Origin: a virus
Lineage: Duplodnaviria; Caudoviricetes
Length of the DNA: 64,000 nt
Direction: 5' to 3' (one strand)
IMG/VR virus record: IMGVR_UViG_3300044842_000168
Span: 1-64,000 of that record
Positions within the stretch are counted from its first letter, which is position 1; every line of letters starts with the position of its first letter. The translations under genes and the position numbers were made by a program. Under the pieces are notes generated by a model. The model searched no databases, had not been told where the DNA came from, and worked only from the letters and a program-made list of their open reading frames with translations. Positions 17,049 to 25,882 of this stretch are shown in pieces.

Positions 17049-17780
17049 ATGGTATCGGCGGCACAGGGCACGACCGTCACGGTCGGGGCTTCCTACACCG
17101 ATGGTGTGGGTGGGCCGCCGATCGATGTATCGGGTCTGGAGATCACGATCGGTGGCGGGGCAGGGATCGGGCCGACCTCGGCCGGCATCGTCCACCCCGC
17201 CACCGGGCAGTACACCTACAGCTGGGCGATCCCGGCCGACCAGACGCCGGGGAACTACCCGGTGTCTTGGACCTCAGATCAGCCGGAGGTTGACGACGTC
17301 ATCGCCGTGGTGGCAACTGTGGCGAGCGTTGGAATGACATGGGCTACTGTGGCTGACGTCGCCAACCTCACTGGCAAGGTCGTCACGGTCCAGACGCTGA
17401 TGATGGCACAGGGCGTGATCGACCTCCACTCCGAGACGACAACCAACGCTCGCATCAACATCCGACCCCGTGACAAGTGGAGGCTGATGCAGGCGGTAGC
17501 CTACCAGGCGGCCTGGCTCAGCTCCGCGCCCGACGCCTTCACTCGTAACGAGATCAGCTCCGCCGGCCACGCCGCAACGTCGTTCTCCTTTGTGGACGCG
17601 GAGTCGGTCACGCTGGCGCCGCTGGCGAAGCGCGCGCTATCCAAGCTGAGTTGGAAGCGCTCGCGCTCGGTGCGTATCCGGATGCAGCGGCGCGGCGGCC
17701 TGTCGCTCCGGCAGCGCTGGTACGACATGGAGCATGACACCGGGGACTACGAAAGCTCCGCCTACTGGACACCGATGTAG
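17049..17780 (+). CDS. head-to-tail adaptor with N-terminal Ig-like domain
   Basis: beta-rich N-half (GQYTYSW, GNYPVSW); WATVADV..LTG and AVAYQAAW adaptor-like C-half. Confidence 0.7.
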   Translation: MVSAAQGTTVTVGASYTDGVGGPPIDVSGLEITIGGGAGIGPTSAGIVHPATGQYTYSWAIPADQTPGNYPVSWTSDQPEVDDVIAVVATVASVGMTWATVADVANLTGKVVTVQTLMMAQGVIDLHSETTTNARINIRPRDKWRLMQAVAYQAAWLSSAPDAFTRNEISSAGHAATSFSFVDAESVTLAPLAKRALSKLSWKRSRSVRIRMQRRGGLSLRQRWYDMEHDTGDYESSAYWTPM

Positions 17781-17782
17781 CC

Positions 17783-18139
17783 ATGTACGCCACTGCGACG
17801 ACGACAGCCAGCATCTACAATGACGACGCGACGACCATGGACGTCTACAACTACGGGACGGCCGACGACAACACGTTCCCGGCTGCTACTGGCGTGATCA
17901 TGTTCTTGCTGGAGGAGAGCCAGAATGCCTCCGATCCGGCCTCGCGCGAGCCGCGCGTGATCCGGAGCGCTACCGGCCGGCTCCCCTCGGCGTACGCGGG
18001 CATGGTTCACTCCGGCACCACCCGTATCAAGGACGAACGGACCGGGGTGTTCTGGCGGGTCAAGTCGGTGGCCCACACGACCTCGCCGGTCATCGACTCT
18101 GACGTTGAGCTCACCCTAGACGCAGTTGATGCAGCGTAG
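17783..18139 (+). CDS. head-to-tail stopper
   Basis: size, position and beta-rich pattern. Confidence 0.6.
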   Translation: MYATATTTASIYNDDATTMDVYNYGTADDNTFPAATGVIMFLLEESQNASDPASREPRVIRSATGRLPSAYAGMVHSGTTRIKDERTGVFWRVKSVAHTTSPVIDSDVELTLDAVDAA

Positions 18140-18199
18140 TACCGTCGAAGACGCGAGCACGGCCGCTCGCCTTCGGTTGGATCCTGTTGGTTGCCTGTG

Positions 18200-18234
18200 A
18201 ACAGCCCCGCTCCTGTGGAGGGAGCGGGGCTGTT
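18200..18234 (+). terminator. hairpin inside the connector region
   Basis: 14-bp arms AACAGCCCCGCTCC / GGAGCGGGGCTGTT. Confidence 0.6.
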
Positions 18235-18334
18235 CCGTATCCGGTCCCACCACGTAAGATCACCCTCATAAGCGGTCCGGAGAGGGCCGTACAGCGCATG
18301 GCAAGGCTTCCCGGCCGGAGAGGGTGGGGTGAGG

Positions 18335-18700
18335 ATGTCGCACACGTCGGTGCCAAATCCGGCCGCCCACGACTGGGTGCTGAAGGTGGGCAACGAGAAG
18401 CTCCTGGACCCCACTTCGTCGGCTGTCTTCATCGTCGCCAGGGCCAGTGCTCCAGTGAAGTACGGCGACCTCGTGGCCAAGATGTACAACGAGCGCGTGG
18501 ACGACCGGACGCGGCGGATCGGCTCCCGCTCGAACCACACGCTGGTCACGGAGTTGGGCTCCCGTCCGCACGCCATCGACTCGCACGGCCGATACCCGCT
18601 CCGCAACCGCGAGACGGGACAGGTGTTCGGCCGCCACGTCAACCACCCGGGGACGCGCGCACAGCCGTTCCTCCGGCCGGCTCTGTACTCACAGCGATGA
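18335..18700 (+). CDS. HK97 gp10-like tail completion protein
   Basis: APVKYGDL, HTLVTELGS, HPGTRAQPFLRPAL motifs. Confidence 0.8.
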   Translation: MSHTSVPNPAAHDWVLKVGNEKLLDPTSSAVFIVARASAPVKYGDLVAKMYNERVDDRTRRIGSRSNHTLVTELGSRPHAIDSHGRYPLRNRETGQVFGRHVNHPGTRAQPFLRPALYSQR

Positions 18701-19176
18701 CCACGCCTGTTCTGCGCCCAACGCCTGAGCTGGTGGCTCAGGCGTTGGTGCGTACCTTCGCGAACATCCCGACCTCCATTGTAGGGATGGACCTCCCGCA
18801 GAACACCTCTAAGTGGGTCCAGTACGGCTTTGTGGAGCTGTCGCTGCTGAGCGGATCACTGTTCTCTCCGGAGCTGTCGGGCCGGCGGTCGATCATCTCG
18901 GTGGACTGCTGGGGAATCCGGAGCGTCAACACCCTCAAGCCGGACTGGGGTAAGGCGGCTGTGTTGGCTGAGAACGTCTGGCGCGGCTGCTCGGATCACC
19001 GAGCGGTCGCCGTGACGCTCTCGCCTGGCCCGAACTACCCTGACGCGCGGGTGCTGAGCGCGTTCCCGATGAACGAGCCGGTGCGCCGGCCGAGCGCGAC
19101 CCCCGGCCCCGGGGACCAGGCAGCCTGGGCCCACATAGGTTTCGAGATGGTCATGAACTGGGTGGCCCTCTCGTGA
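18697..19176 (+). CDS. tail terminator protein
   Basis: position before the major tail gene; ISVDCWG motif. Confidence 0.7.
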   Translation: MTTPVLRPTPELVAQALVRTFANIPTSIVGMDLPQNTSKWVQYGFVELSLLSGSLFSPELSGRRSIISVDCWGIRSVNTLKPDWGKAAVLAENVWRGCSDHRAVAVTLSPGPNYPDARVLSAFPMNEPVRRPSATPGPGDQAAWAHIGFEMVMNWVALS

Positions 19177-19249
19177 GCACCATCACCAGCCAAGAGGCTC
19201 CCGGTAGGGAGATGGCGTTAACAGACCCGTCGAGGACGAGGAGCCTCAA

Positions 19250-19843
19250 GTGAGCAACAACCCGAACGCTGTCACCGCCGGCAACCTCGCCCTGGGGCCG
19301 GCGGACCTCTACTGGGCCAACTTCGACATCACCGGCGCCAACGAGCCCACCGACAACTCGGTGACCGGCGCGCCGCCCTCGGGCTGGAACGGCTTCGGCG
19401 GCACCAACAACGGTGTCACCTGGACCGTCACGCCCACCTACAAGGAACTGGTCGTGGACCAGATCGTGTACGACGTGGAGCGCCGGCTCACCAACGTCCA
19501 GCTCACCGTCGCCACGCAGCTGGCCGAGGTCACCCTCACCAACTACGGCGCCACGCTGAACTCCTCGGCGCTGGTGACCGCCGCGACGACCGGTGCACCG
19601 GGGACGTTCGAGCCGTCGCTGGCGAACAGCGGTGCGACCCCCAGCTACATCTCCATCATGGTGGACGGGTGGGGGCCCAACGGGAAGCGCCGTCGCGTCA
19701 TCGTCCGGAAGTGCCTGTCCACGGCGGCGGTCGGAACCGCCGACAGCAAGGACGGGCAGAAGGTGTTCCCGGTGACGTGGATGGCGCACTACGTCAGCTC
19801 GACCCGAGCACCGTACCGAATCATCGACGCGCCGGGCGCGTAG
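19250..19843 (+). CDS. major tail protein
   Basis: 197 aa; GFGGTNNGVTW, VDQ motifs; position before chaperones and tape measure. Confidence 0.85.
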   Translation: MSNNPNAVTAGNLALGPADLYWANFDITGANEPTDNSVTGAPPSGWNGFGGTNNGVTWTVTPTYKELVVDQIVYDVERRLTNVQLTVATQLAEVTLTNYGATLNSSALVTAATTGAPGTFEPSLANSGATPSYISIMVDGWGPNGKRRRVIVRKCLSTAAVGTADSKDGQKVFPVTWMAHYVSSTRAPYRIIDAPGA

Positions 19844-19910
19844 GCTCCCGGCGACCGTCCGGAGAGGACGGTCAAACAACCCATACGCATCCTGGAGAGG
19901 GAGCGACGCC

Positions 19911-20255
19911 ATGCCGATCATCGATCTGGATCCGCCGCCGATGGACGCCGATGCTGACGCCGAGGCTCCGACTCGGCCGCGCGACCCGCTGTTCAAGGTG
20001 GAGGGCAAGGTCTACACCATCGTCAGATCCTTCACGGCGGCAGAGTGCCTGCGAGCCCTGGAGATCATGGTCAGTGTCAGCTACAGTGCGTCGCTCATCT
20101 ACCTGATGAAGACAGCGCTGGGGGAGGACGGCTGGCAGGCACTGAAGAATGCCGAGTCCATGACCCCCGAGCAGTACACGCAGATCGTGGACATCATCAA
20201 GGCCAAGTCGGTCGCGACGTCGAAGCTGATGGCGGGAAACTCGAACGGCAGCTGA
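19911..20255 (+). CDS. tail assembly chaperone (gpG-like)
   Basis: 114 aa between major tail and tape measure genes. Confidence 0.8.
   Translation: MPIIDLDPPPMDADADAEAPTRPRDPLFKVEGKVYTIVRSFTAAECLRALEIMVSVSYSASLIYLMKTALGEDGWQALKNAESMTPEQYTQIVDIIKAKSVATSKLMAGNSNGS
20234..20240 (+). promoter_or_regulatory. programmed -1 frameshift slippery site G GGA AAC
   Basis: XXXYYYZ heptamer in the chaperone frame; the -1 frame continues to 20533. Confidence 0.85.
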
Positions 20256-20533
20256 GAAGTGTGGCCTGGATACCGCTGCTCCTGGACGATGTGGAGTCGG
20301 ACATGAGCGTGTACCACCGGGTCGATGACATCTTCCAGCTGCCGGGGCCCAAGTTCATCCGGCTGGCCGAGCGCCTGCCGAACTATGAGGGGAGCGTGAG
20401 AGCGACGATGCGCCGGTTGAGCGAGGAGGTTGAGGCCGCGCCGGCTCCGGCCGCCGTCATCACGCCGGAGTCGGCCGCGAGCCTGCCCACGCTCCCAGGA
20501 ATGCCGCCTCTGTTCGAGTTCAATGCCGCGTAG
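20234..20533 (+). CDS. frameshift extension of the tail chaperone (gpGT-like)
   Basis: KLERQLRSVAWIPLLLDDVESDMSVYH...LPNYEGSVRA in the -1 frame. Confidence 0.8.
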   Translation, partial: GKLERQLRSVAWIPLLLDDVESDMSVYHRVDDIFQLPGPKFIRLAERLPNYEGSVRATMRRLSEEVEAAPAPAAVITPESAASLPTLPGMPPLFEFNAA

Positions 20534-20544
20534 GGAGGTGAGCG

Positions 20545-22815
20545 ATGCCGGGCGAGAAGATTGGCGAGGGCTACGTCGAGGTCACTGTTGACATCGACGA
20601 CAACGGCCTCAACGGAGCTACAGAGAAGGTCACCCGCAAGGTAGACGACGACCTTACCAAGGCTGCGCCCGGCATCGGTGAGGAGGTCGGTAAGGGCCTG
20701 GGCGATGGGCTGGAGAAGGGGATCGGTCCTTCGGGGGAGAAGGCTGCTCGCAACTTCAAGGAGAACTTCGAGCAGCACAAGTCGGAGTTTCTCGCCTTCG
20801 CCAAGACCTTCGGTGACGACTTCTACAAGCAGTTCAACGGGAACGGCGAGGCTGCCCTCAGCGAGCTGAACAAGCTCTTCAACAAGGAGTTCGATAGCGG
20901 CGGCCTGGACGCTTCGAACGTATGGTGGAAGGCGTTCGACAAGAGCGTCAAGAGCGCAGCCCCCAAGAGCGCTTCCGGCCTGTTCGAGTCGTTCGGCATC
21001 GCAGCAGAGAAGGCTGGCGTTGAGGGCGGCGACGTCTTCGGCAATGGCATCATCGATGGCGCCAAGAACGCATTCAAGATCTTCTCTGAGCTTCCTCCAG
21101 AGGTCCAGCTGGCGGTGGGCGGGGCGGCAGCCACTGCTGGTTTGCTGTTCGGCTCCTTCCTGGCAGCCTCGGCCTCGGCGGCGATCCTGGGTGTGCTGGG
21201 TGGCGGTGCGCTCGCAGCGGGAATCATCGCTGAGGCCAAGAATCCCGAGGTTTCAGCTGCCTTCTCGGGCATGGCGAATACGGTACAGGCTGACTTGGAG
21301 CAGGCAGCCTCGCCGTTCATCGACAGGCTGGTGGGGTCGGCGGGCATCATCCGGGACACCTTCGACTCGGAGATGCCAGACCTGGAGAATCTCTTCAACA
21401 CCCTGGCTCCGTCGATCACCCGCCTTACGGACGGCGCGTCTCAGTTCGTCCAAGAGCTGGTGCAGGGGGCGGACGAGGCCGGTCCGCAGATGGCGAATGT
21501 GCTCGGTGCCGTCGCGGACATCTTGCCGGTGATTGGCGGCGGACTCAAGGAGATGATGTCCGAGATCGCTGATGGTGGGCAGGGAGCAGCCGACGCCATC
21601 CGAGTCATCGGTACCACCCTGGCCGGCCTTCTGATCTTCATCGGGTTCATCCTGGATGAAGGCTCCACCATGTTCGAGGGCATGATGAATGGCGCCCGTA
21701 CGGCGCTGATTCCCTTGGAATACCTACTGAAGGCGCTCTCTGGAGTGCCCGGGATCGGTGGCGCCGCGAAGTCGGCGCTCAAGGATCTCAACGATACCTT
21801 CTATGGTGGGGAGACCTCCTCCAAGAGGGCTGCCAGTGGTGTGAAGGACTTCGGCGACACCACTGAGAAGGCCGCGCAGGCAGCCAAGGAAGCAGACGAC
21901 GCTGTCCAGAAGCTGTTCGACGACTTCAACAATGACGCCAAGGCATCCCTCAACGCCGATGAGTCGATGATCGCCTACAAGAACTCTCTGGTGCAGCTGA
22001 AGGCCGCTCTGGACGGTAGCGACAAGAGTCTCGACCTCAACACTGCGGCCGGCCGCGCGCTCAAGCAGCAGTTTGACCAGACCGCCACAGCTGCCTTGGA
22101 CTCGGCCGACGCAGTGCGGAAGAACGCAGAGAACTCTGGCGCGAACGGTGTACAGGCGGCGCACGCCTACAGCGCTGCTCTCGCCGGTAACATCTCGGAG
22201 CTGGCTGCGACGGCGGAGCAGGCGGGCATGAGCCGAGCCGCGACGGCGAACCTCATCGCAACGCTGTTCGGTATCCCCAAGGATGTCGCAACCGAGTTCG
22301 CTACTCCGGGTGCAGCGGCAGCGAAGCAGGCCGCAGAGGATCTCGAATACGCCATTCAGGCGATCGAGACCAAGAAGGAAATCGACATCTACGTCAACAC
22401 CCACTACTCCAAGACGACACAGAACACCCCGGGGTACTCACAGTATGGCTTCGGCAGCTACCGGTACGGCGGCATCCGGCACGCCGCGACCGGCTTGCTG
22501 GATGCGGGCGTGTACAACGACGGCCCAGTGGTCTTCGCTGAGCCGGAGACCGGTGGCGAGGCGTTCATCCCGCGCCTGACCAACGACCCGCTACGTTCCA
22601 TGAACATCCTTGCCGAGGCCGCGTCCTGGTACGGTCTCAGCCTGGCCCCTAACAACACGTCTCCGGCCACTACGCCTGGCGCGAACCCTGCCTCTGCGCC
22701 GGCTCGCGGTACCGGCGGGAGCGGGAAGACCATCAACCTCTACTACAACGGGGCTCCGCCGAGCGGCACCGACAAGCAGCGGATGTTCCGCGACCTCGAT
22801 CTGGCGGTGCTGTGA
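20545..22815 (+). CDS. tape measure protein
   Basis: 756 aa Ala/Gly-rich helical protein; IGEGYVEV N-terminus; FAEPETGGEAFIP C-terminal motif. Confidence 0.9.
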   Translation: MPGEKIGEGYVEVTVDIDDNGLNGATEKVTRKVDDDLTKAAPGIGEEVGKGLGDGLEKGIGPSGEKAARNFKENFEQHKSEFLAFAKTFGDDFYKQFNGNGEAALSELNKLFNKEFDSGGLDASNVWWKAFDKSVKSAAPKSASGLFESFGIAAEKAGVEGGDVFGNGIIDGAKNAFKIFSELPPEVQLAVGGAAATAGLLFGSFLAASASAAILGVLGGGALAAGIIAEAKNPEVSAAFSGMANTVQADLEQAASPFIDRLVGSAGIIRDTFDSEMPDLENLFNTLAPSITRLTDGASQFVQELVQGADEAGPQMANVLGAVADILPVIGGGLKEMMSEIADGGQGAADAIRVIGTTLAGLLIFIGFILDEGSTMFEGMMNGARTALIPLEYLLKALSGVPGIGGAAKSALKDLNDTFYGGETSSKRAASGVKDFGDTTEKAAQAAKEADDAVQKLFDDFNNDAKASLNADESMIAYKNSLVQLKAALDGSDKSLDLNTAAGRALKQQFDQTATAALDSADAVRKNAENSGANGVQAAHAYSAALAGNISELAATAEQAGMSRAATANLIATLFGIPKDVATEFATPGAAAAKQAAEDLEYAIQAIETKKEIDIYVNTHYSKTTQNTPGYSQYGFGSYRYGGIRHAATGLLDAGVYNDGPVVFAEPETGGEAFIPRLTNDPLRSMNILAEAASWYGLSLAPNNTSPATTPGANPASAPARGTGGSGKTINLYYNGAPPSGTDKQRMFRDLDLAVL

Positions 22816-23681
22816 TGACGGCGGCGGTTGGGTACTGGAGCGGGTCTCTCACCTACGGCACCAAGTCGATCCCCTTCGGCAACGTAGACGCCAACGGTAC
22901 CATGTGGCTGCTGCACGGTGTCGATGGCTGGGATGGTGCAGCGATCGGCTCGGGTCAGGTGACGCAGAACTCTGGCGACCACGGCGGTGTGCCCTCGCCA
23001 CAGTTCTATGGCCCGCGCCTGATCACCCTTCGCGTGACCGCGATGGCCCCGACGCAGGCCCTCCGGGACGTCGCGCGCTCGGACATGGCACGGGCCTGCC
23101 CGATCGGCTCGGGCGGGGCGAACGACCTCGCGACGTTCGTGTACAACGAGCCGATCCCCAAGACCACCAAGCTGCGCCGGGATGATCGGATCCAGGAGCT
23201 GTCGCTGGATCTCAACTCGGTGAGCTTCTCCGTCCCGCTCATCGCGCCGGACCCGCGCAAGTACTCGGTACAGACCTACACCACGCCGATCTCCCCACCG
23301 ACTCCGCCAACCGGTCTGGCACCGCCCTTCACGCCGCCACTGCTCATCCCGGCGGCGGCGCCGAGCAACGAGGGAACGTTCACCAATCACGGCGACTTCG
23401 AAACCCCTTGGTATGCAACGGTTTACGGCCCCTGGACATCCCCCTCGTTTCATTCGGTGGAGCAGAACAGGACCGTGACCTACACGGGCTTGACGCTGGG
23501 GGCCGGCGACATCCTTCAGGTGGACTCCTTGAACTTCATGGGATTCCTCAACGGATCGGTGTTCTACTCAGCCGACGCTGGAAGCGACTGGTTCCGGCTA
23601 CAGCCGGACACCAACCGAATCCGAATCGGCGGTTCAGGTTCGGGCTCCGCGACCATCACCTACTCCGACGCATGGCAGTGA
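22815..23681 (+). CDS. distal tail protein (Dit-like)
   Basis: YGPRLITL, LIAPDPRKY, NHGDFET motifs after the tape measure gene. Confidence 0.8.
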   Translation: MTAAVGYWSGSLTYGTKSIPFGNVDANGTMWLLHGVDGWDGAAIGSGQVTQNSGDHGGVPSPQFYGPRLITLRVTAMAPTQALRDVARSDMARACPIGSGGANDLATFVYNEPIPKTTKLRRDDRIQELSLDLNSVSFSVPLIAPDPRKYSVQTYTTPISPPTPPTGLAPPFTPPLLIPAAAPSNEGTFTNHGDFETPWYATVYGPWTSPSFHSVEQNRTVTYTGLTLGAGDILQVDSLNFMGFLNGSVFYSADAGSDWFRLQPDTNRIRIGGSGSGSATITYSDAWQ

Positions 23682-23690
23682 GGCGACGAC

Positions 23691-24779
23691 ATGGCAACTT
23701 CTGTAGCAACCTCCGCCGTCTACGCCATCGACCAGATTGCGTTGGATGGCAAGGATCTCCGGCTGGCGGCCGGCGTCACCGCGTCCGGCTTCAACCAGGC
23801 CGGCGGTCTGTCGGTGTGGAGCGGGATCAGGCCTTCGGGCGGAACGCCGGGCCTGTGCGTGTGGACCTCGGGGCTGAGCTTCACGGTCAAGGCGTTCCAG
23901 TTCGCGGTACAGGGCACAGACGCGAGCGACCAAGGTGTGTACCTCGGCGCGCTCAACGCTGACACCGTACTCACCACGGTTGCGGCCGACAGCGTCAACC
24001 CACGCTGGGATCTGGTGGGCGTAAAGATCGTGGACAACGGAGACGGCACCTCGACCTCCAACGTGGTGATCGTGACCGGTGCGCCGTCGTCCACGCCGGC
24101 CGATCCCAACCCCGGCAGCAACTTCCTGCCGATCGCCCGGCTGGTCGTGCCGGCGACGGCAACAGACCTCGCGGGCGGCGGTGGCACGCACGGCTCGATC
24201 CAAGACCTGCGGCGCTTCTTCACGGCAGCCGGCGGCATCGTCCCGGTGTCCAACTCAGCGGCCTACCCGACTGCCGGGCCGGCCGGCACGTTCTTCTATG
24301 ACCTGTCCACCGGCGCCTTCGGGGTGTGGAACGGTACGGGCAACGTCTTCGCGCGCTCTCAGTACCTCCGCGTCACCCGGGCAGACGGCAACACCCTCGC
24401 CTCCTCGTCGAACCACACCCCCTCGCAGATCCTGTGGAACTCCTCGGCGGACATGAACCAGGACTTCGGTGTGTACCCCTCCGGCTCGCCGCTGAACTTC
24501 TCGCTGCCCTCGGCGGGGCTGTGGCTCGGGTACCTCCGCGTCATCTATGACCCCAACACCTCTGGTATACGGCGTATCCACATCAAGCAGGGCTCGACCT
24601 TCTGGACGCACAGCCGGAACGCGGCAAACCCTGTCACCAACGCGGACTCCTCGCACTGCTCCTTCCTGTTCCCCATCCACGGCAACGCCGGTGACAGCAT
24701 AGGATTCTACACCGACCACGACTCGGGAAGCACACGAACGCTCTCGGGCCAGGTGGCAGCTCTGGTGAAGATCTTCTGA
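23691..24779 (+). CDS. minor tail protein
   Basis: ADSVNPRWDLV, IQDLRRF motifs of actinophage tail proteins. Confidence 0.75.
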   Translation: MATSVATSAVYAIDQIALDGKDLRLAAGVTASGFNQAGGLSVWSGIRPSGGTPGLCVWTSGLSFTVKAFQFAVQGTDASDQGVYLGALNADTVLTTVAADSVNPRWDLVGVKIVDNGDGTSTSNVVIVTGAPSSTPADPNPGSNFLPIARLVVPATATDLAGGGGTHGSIQDLRRFFTAAGGIVPVSNSAAYPTAGPAGTFFYDLSTGAFGVWNGTGNVFARSQYLRVTRADGNTLASSSNHTPSQILWNSSADMNQDFGVYPSGSPLNFSLPSAGLWLGYLRVIYDPNTSGIRRIHIKQGSTFWTHSRNAANPVTNADSSHCSFLFPIHGNAGDSIGFYTDHDSGSTRTLSGQVAALVKIF

Positions 24780-25882
24780 TGGACTGGGTGTACAAGGCGA
24801 CCGACCTCCGGACTGGCCGTGTGATCGCGGACCGCATCCGGGGCTTCGCACCGGGCACGCTCACCCGGGCTCGCGGTGACGAGGCGGCCGGCGACGGTAC
24901 GCTGAGCCTCGACGGGAACTCGGAGATGGTGAGCCGACTTGTTCCTAAGAGGACGGTGCTGTGGGCGGTCGGCGACGGCACGCCATATTGGTCCGGAGTC
25001 TTCTGGGACGACAGCCACTCCTCAGCGGCGGCCGGCGCGCTCCCCATGTCGTTCAAGACGCTGGAGAGCGTGTTCGCGTACCGCGAGATCCGCGACAACC
25101 TCACCTACGGCAACAACGACCAGTTCGACATCATCCGGTCGCTGTTCAAGTACGCGCTCGCGAAGACGGGCGGCGAGATCGCCAACATAGTCATGGACAA
25201 CAGCCTATCGACTGTGTTGCGCCAGCGGAGCTATCTCGCCTCGGACCGGACGAAGGTGCTCGACGCAGCGAAGGATCTGGGCAACGTCATCAACGGGTTC
25301 GAGTGGACCTTCACCCCGACCTGGGTGGACTACACCGGCGGGACGCTCGGCTGGCGGCTGCAGCTGGGATACCCGACGCTGGGAACCGCCGACGCGGCCG
25401 GTCGCATCCTGCGCTACCCGGGCAACCTCACCGACTACGCGTGGCCTCGCACCACATCCCAGTCGGCCAACTCGACGGTGGCGGTGGGAGACGCGAACAA
25501 CAACAGCACAGTAGCGATGCAATCCACTTCGGCGCACGGGTTCGAGGCTGCTGAGATCGCGGCCGGCTTCCCACTCATGGAGGAGTCGATCAGCTATGCA
25601 GGGCAAGGGATCACCGACGTCAACACCCTCAACGACCACGCTGACGACGACGTCAACCGGCTGAGTGGCATCCTCGTCAACCCGACGTTCACGCTCTCGC
25701 TGGACAAGGCGCCAGGCCTCGCCCGGATCAACATCGGGGACACGCTTCCCTACTGGCTGCAGTCGGCTCGGCATCCGACGCCGGCTCAGGGTACGATCCG
25801 GGTGGCCAAGATCGACATCAGGCCCACAGTCCCGGGCACGGCGATCATCTACGCGGATTCGGTGGTGGAGCATGTGTCCTAG
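24779..25882 (+). CDS. tail hub / minor tail protein
   Basis: YKATDLRTG, PYWSGVFW, SYLASD motifs; position in tail-tip cluster. Confidence 0.75.
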   Translation: MDWVYKATDLRTGRVIADRIRGFAPGTLTRARGDEAAGDGTLSLDGNSEMVSRLVPKRTVLWAVGDGTPYWSGVFWDDSHSSAAAGALPMSFKTLESVFAYREIRDNLTYGNNDQFDIIRSLFKYALAKTGGEIANIVMDNSLSTVLRQRSYLASDRTKVLDAAKDLGNVINGFEWTFTPTWVDYTGGTLGWRLQLGYPTLGTADAAGRILRYPGNLTDYAWPRTTSQSANSTVAVGDANNNSTVAMQSTSAHGFEAAEIAAGFPLMEESISYAGQGITDVNTLNDHADDDVNRLSGILVNPTFTLSLDKAPGLARINIGDTLPYWLQSARHPTPAQGTIRVAKIDIRPTVPGTAIIYADSVVEHVS

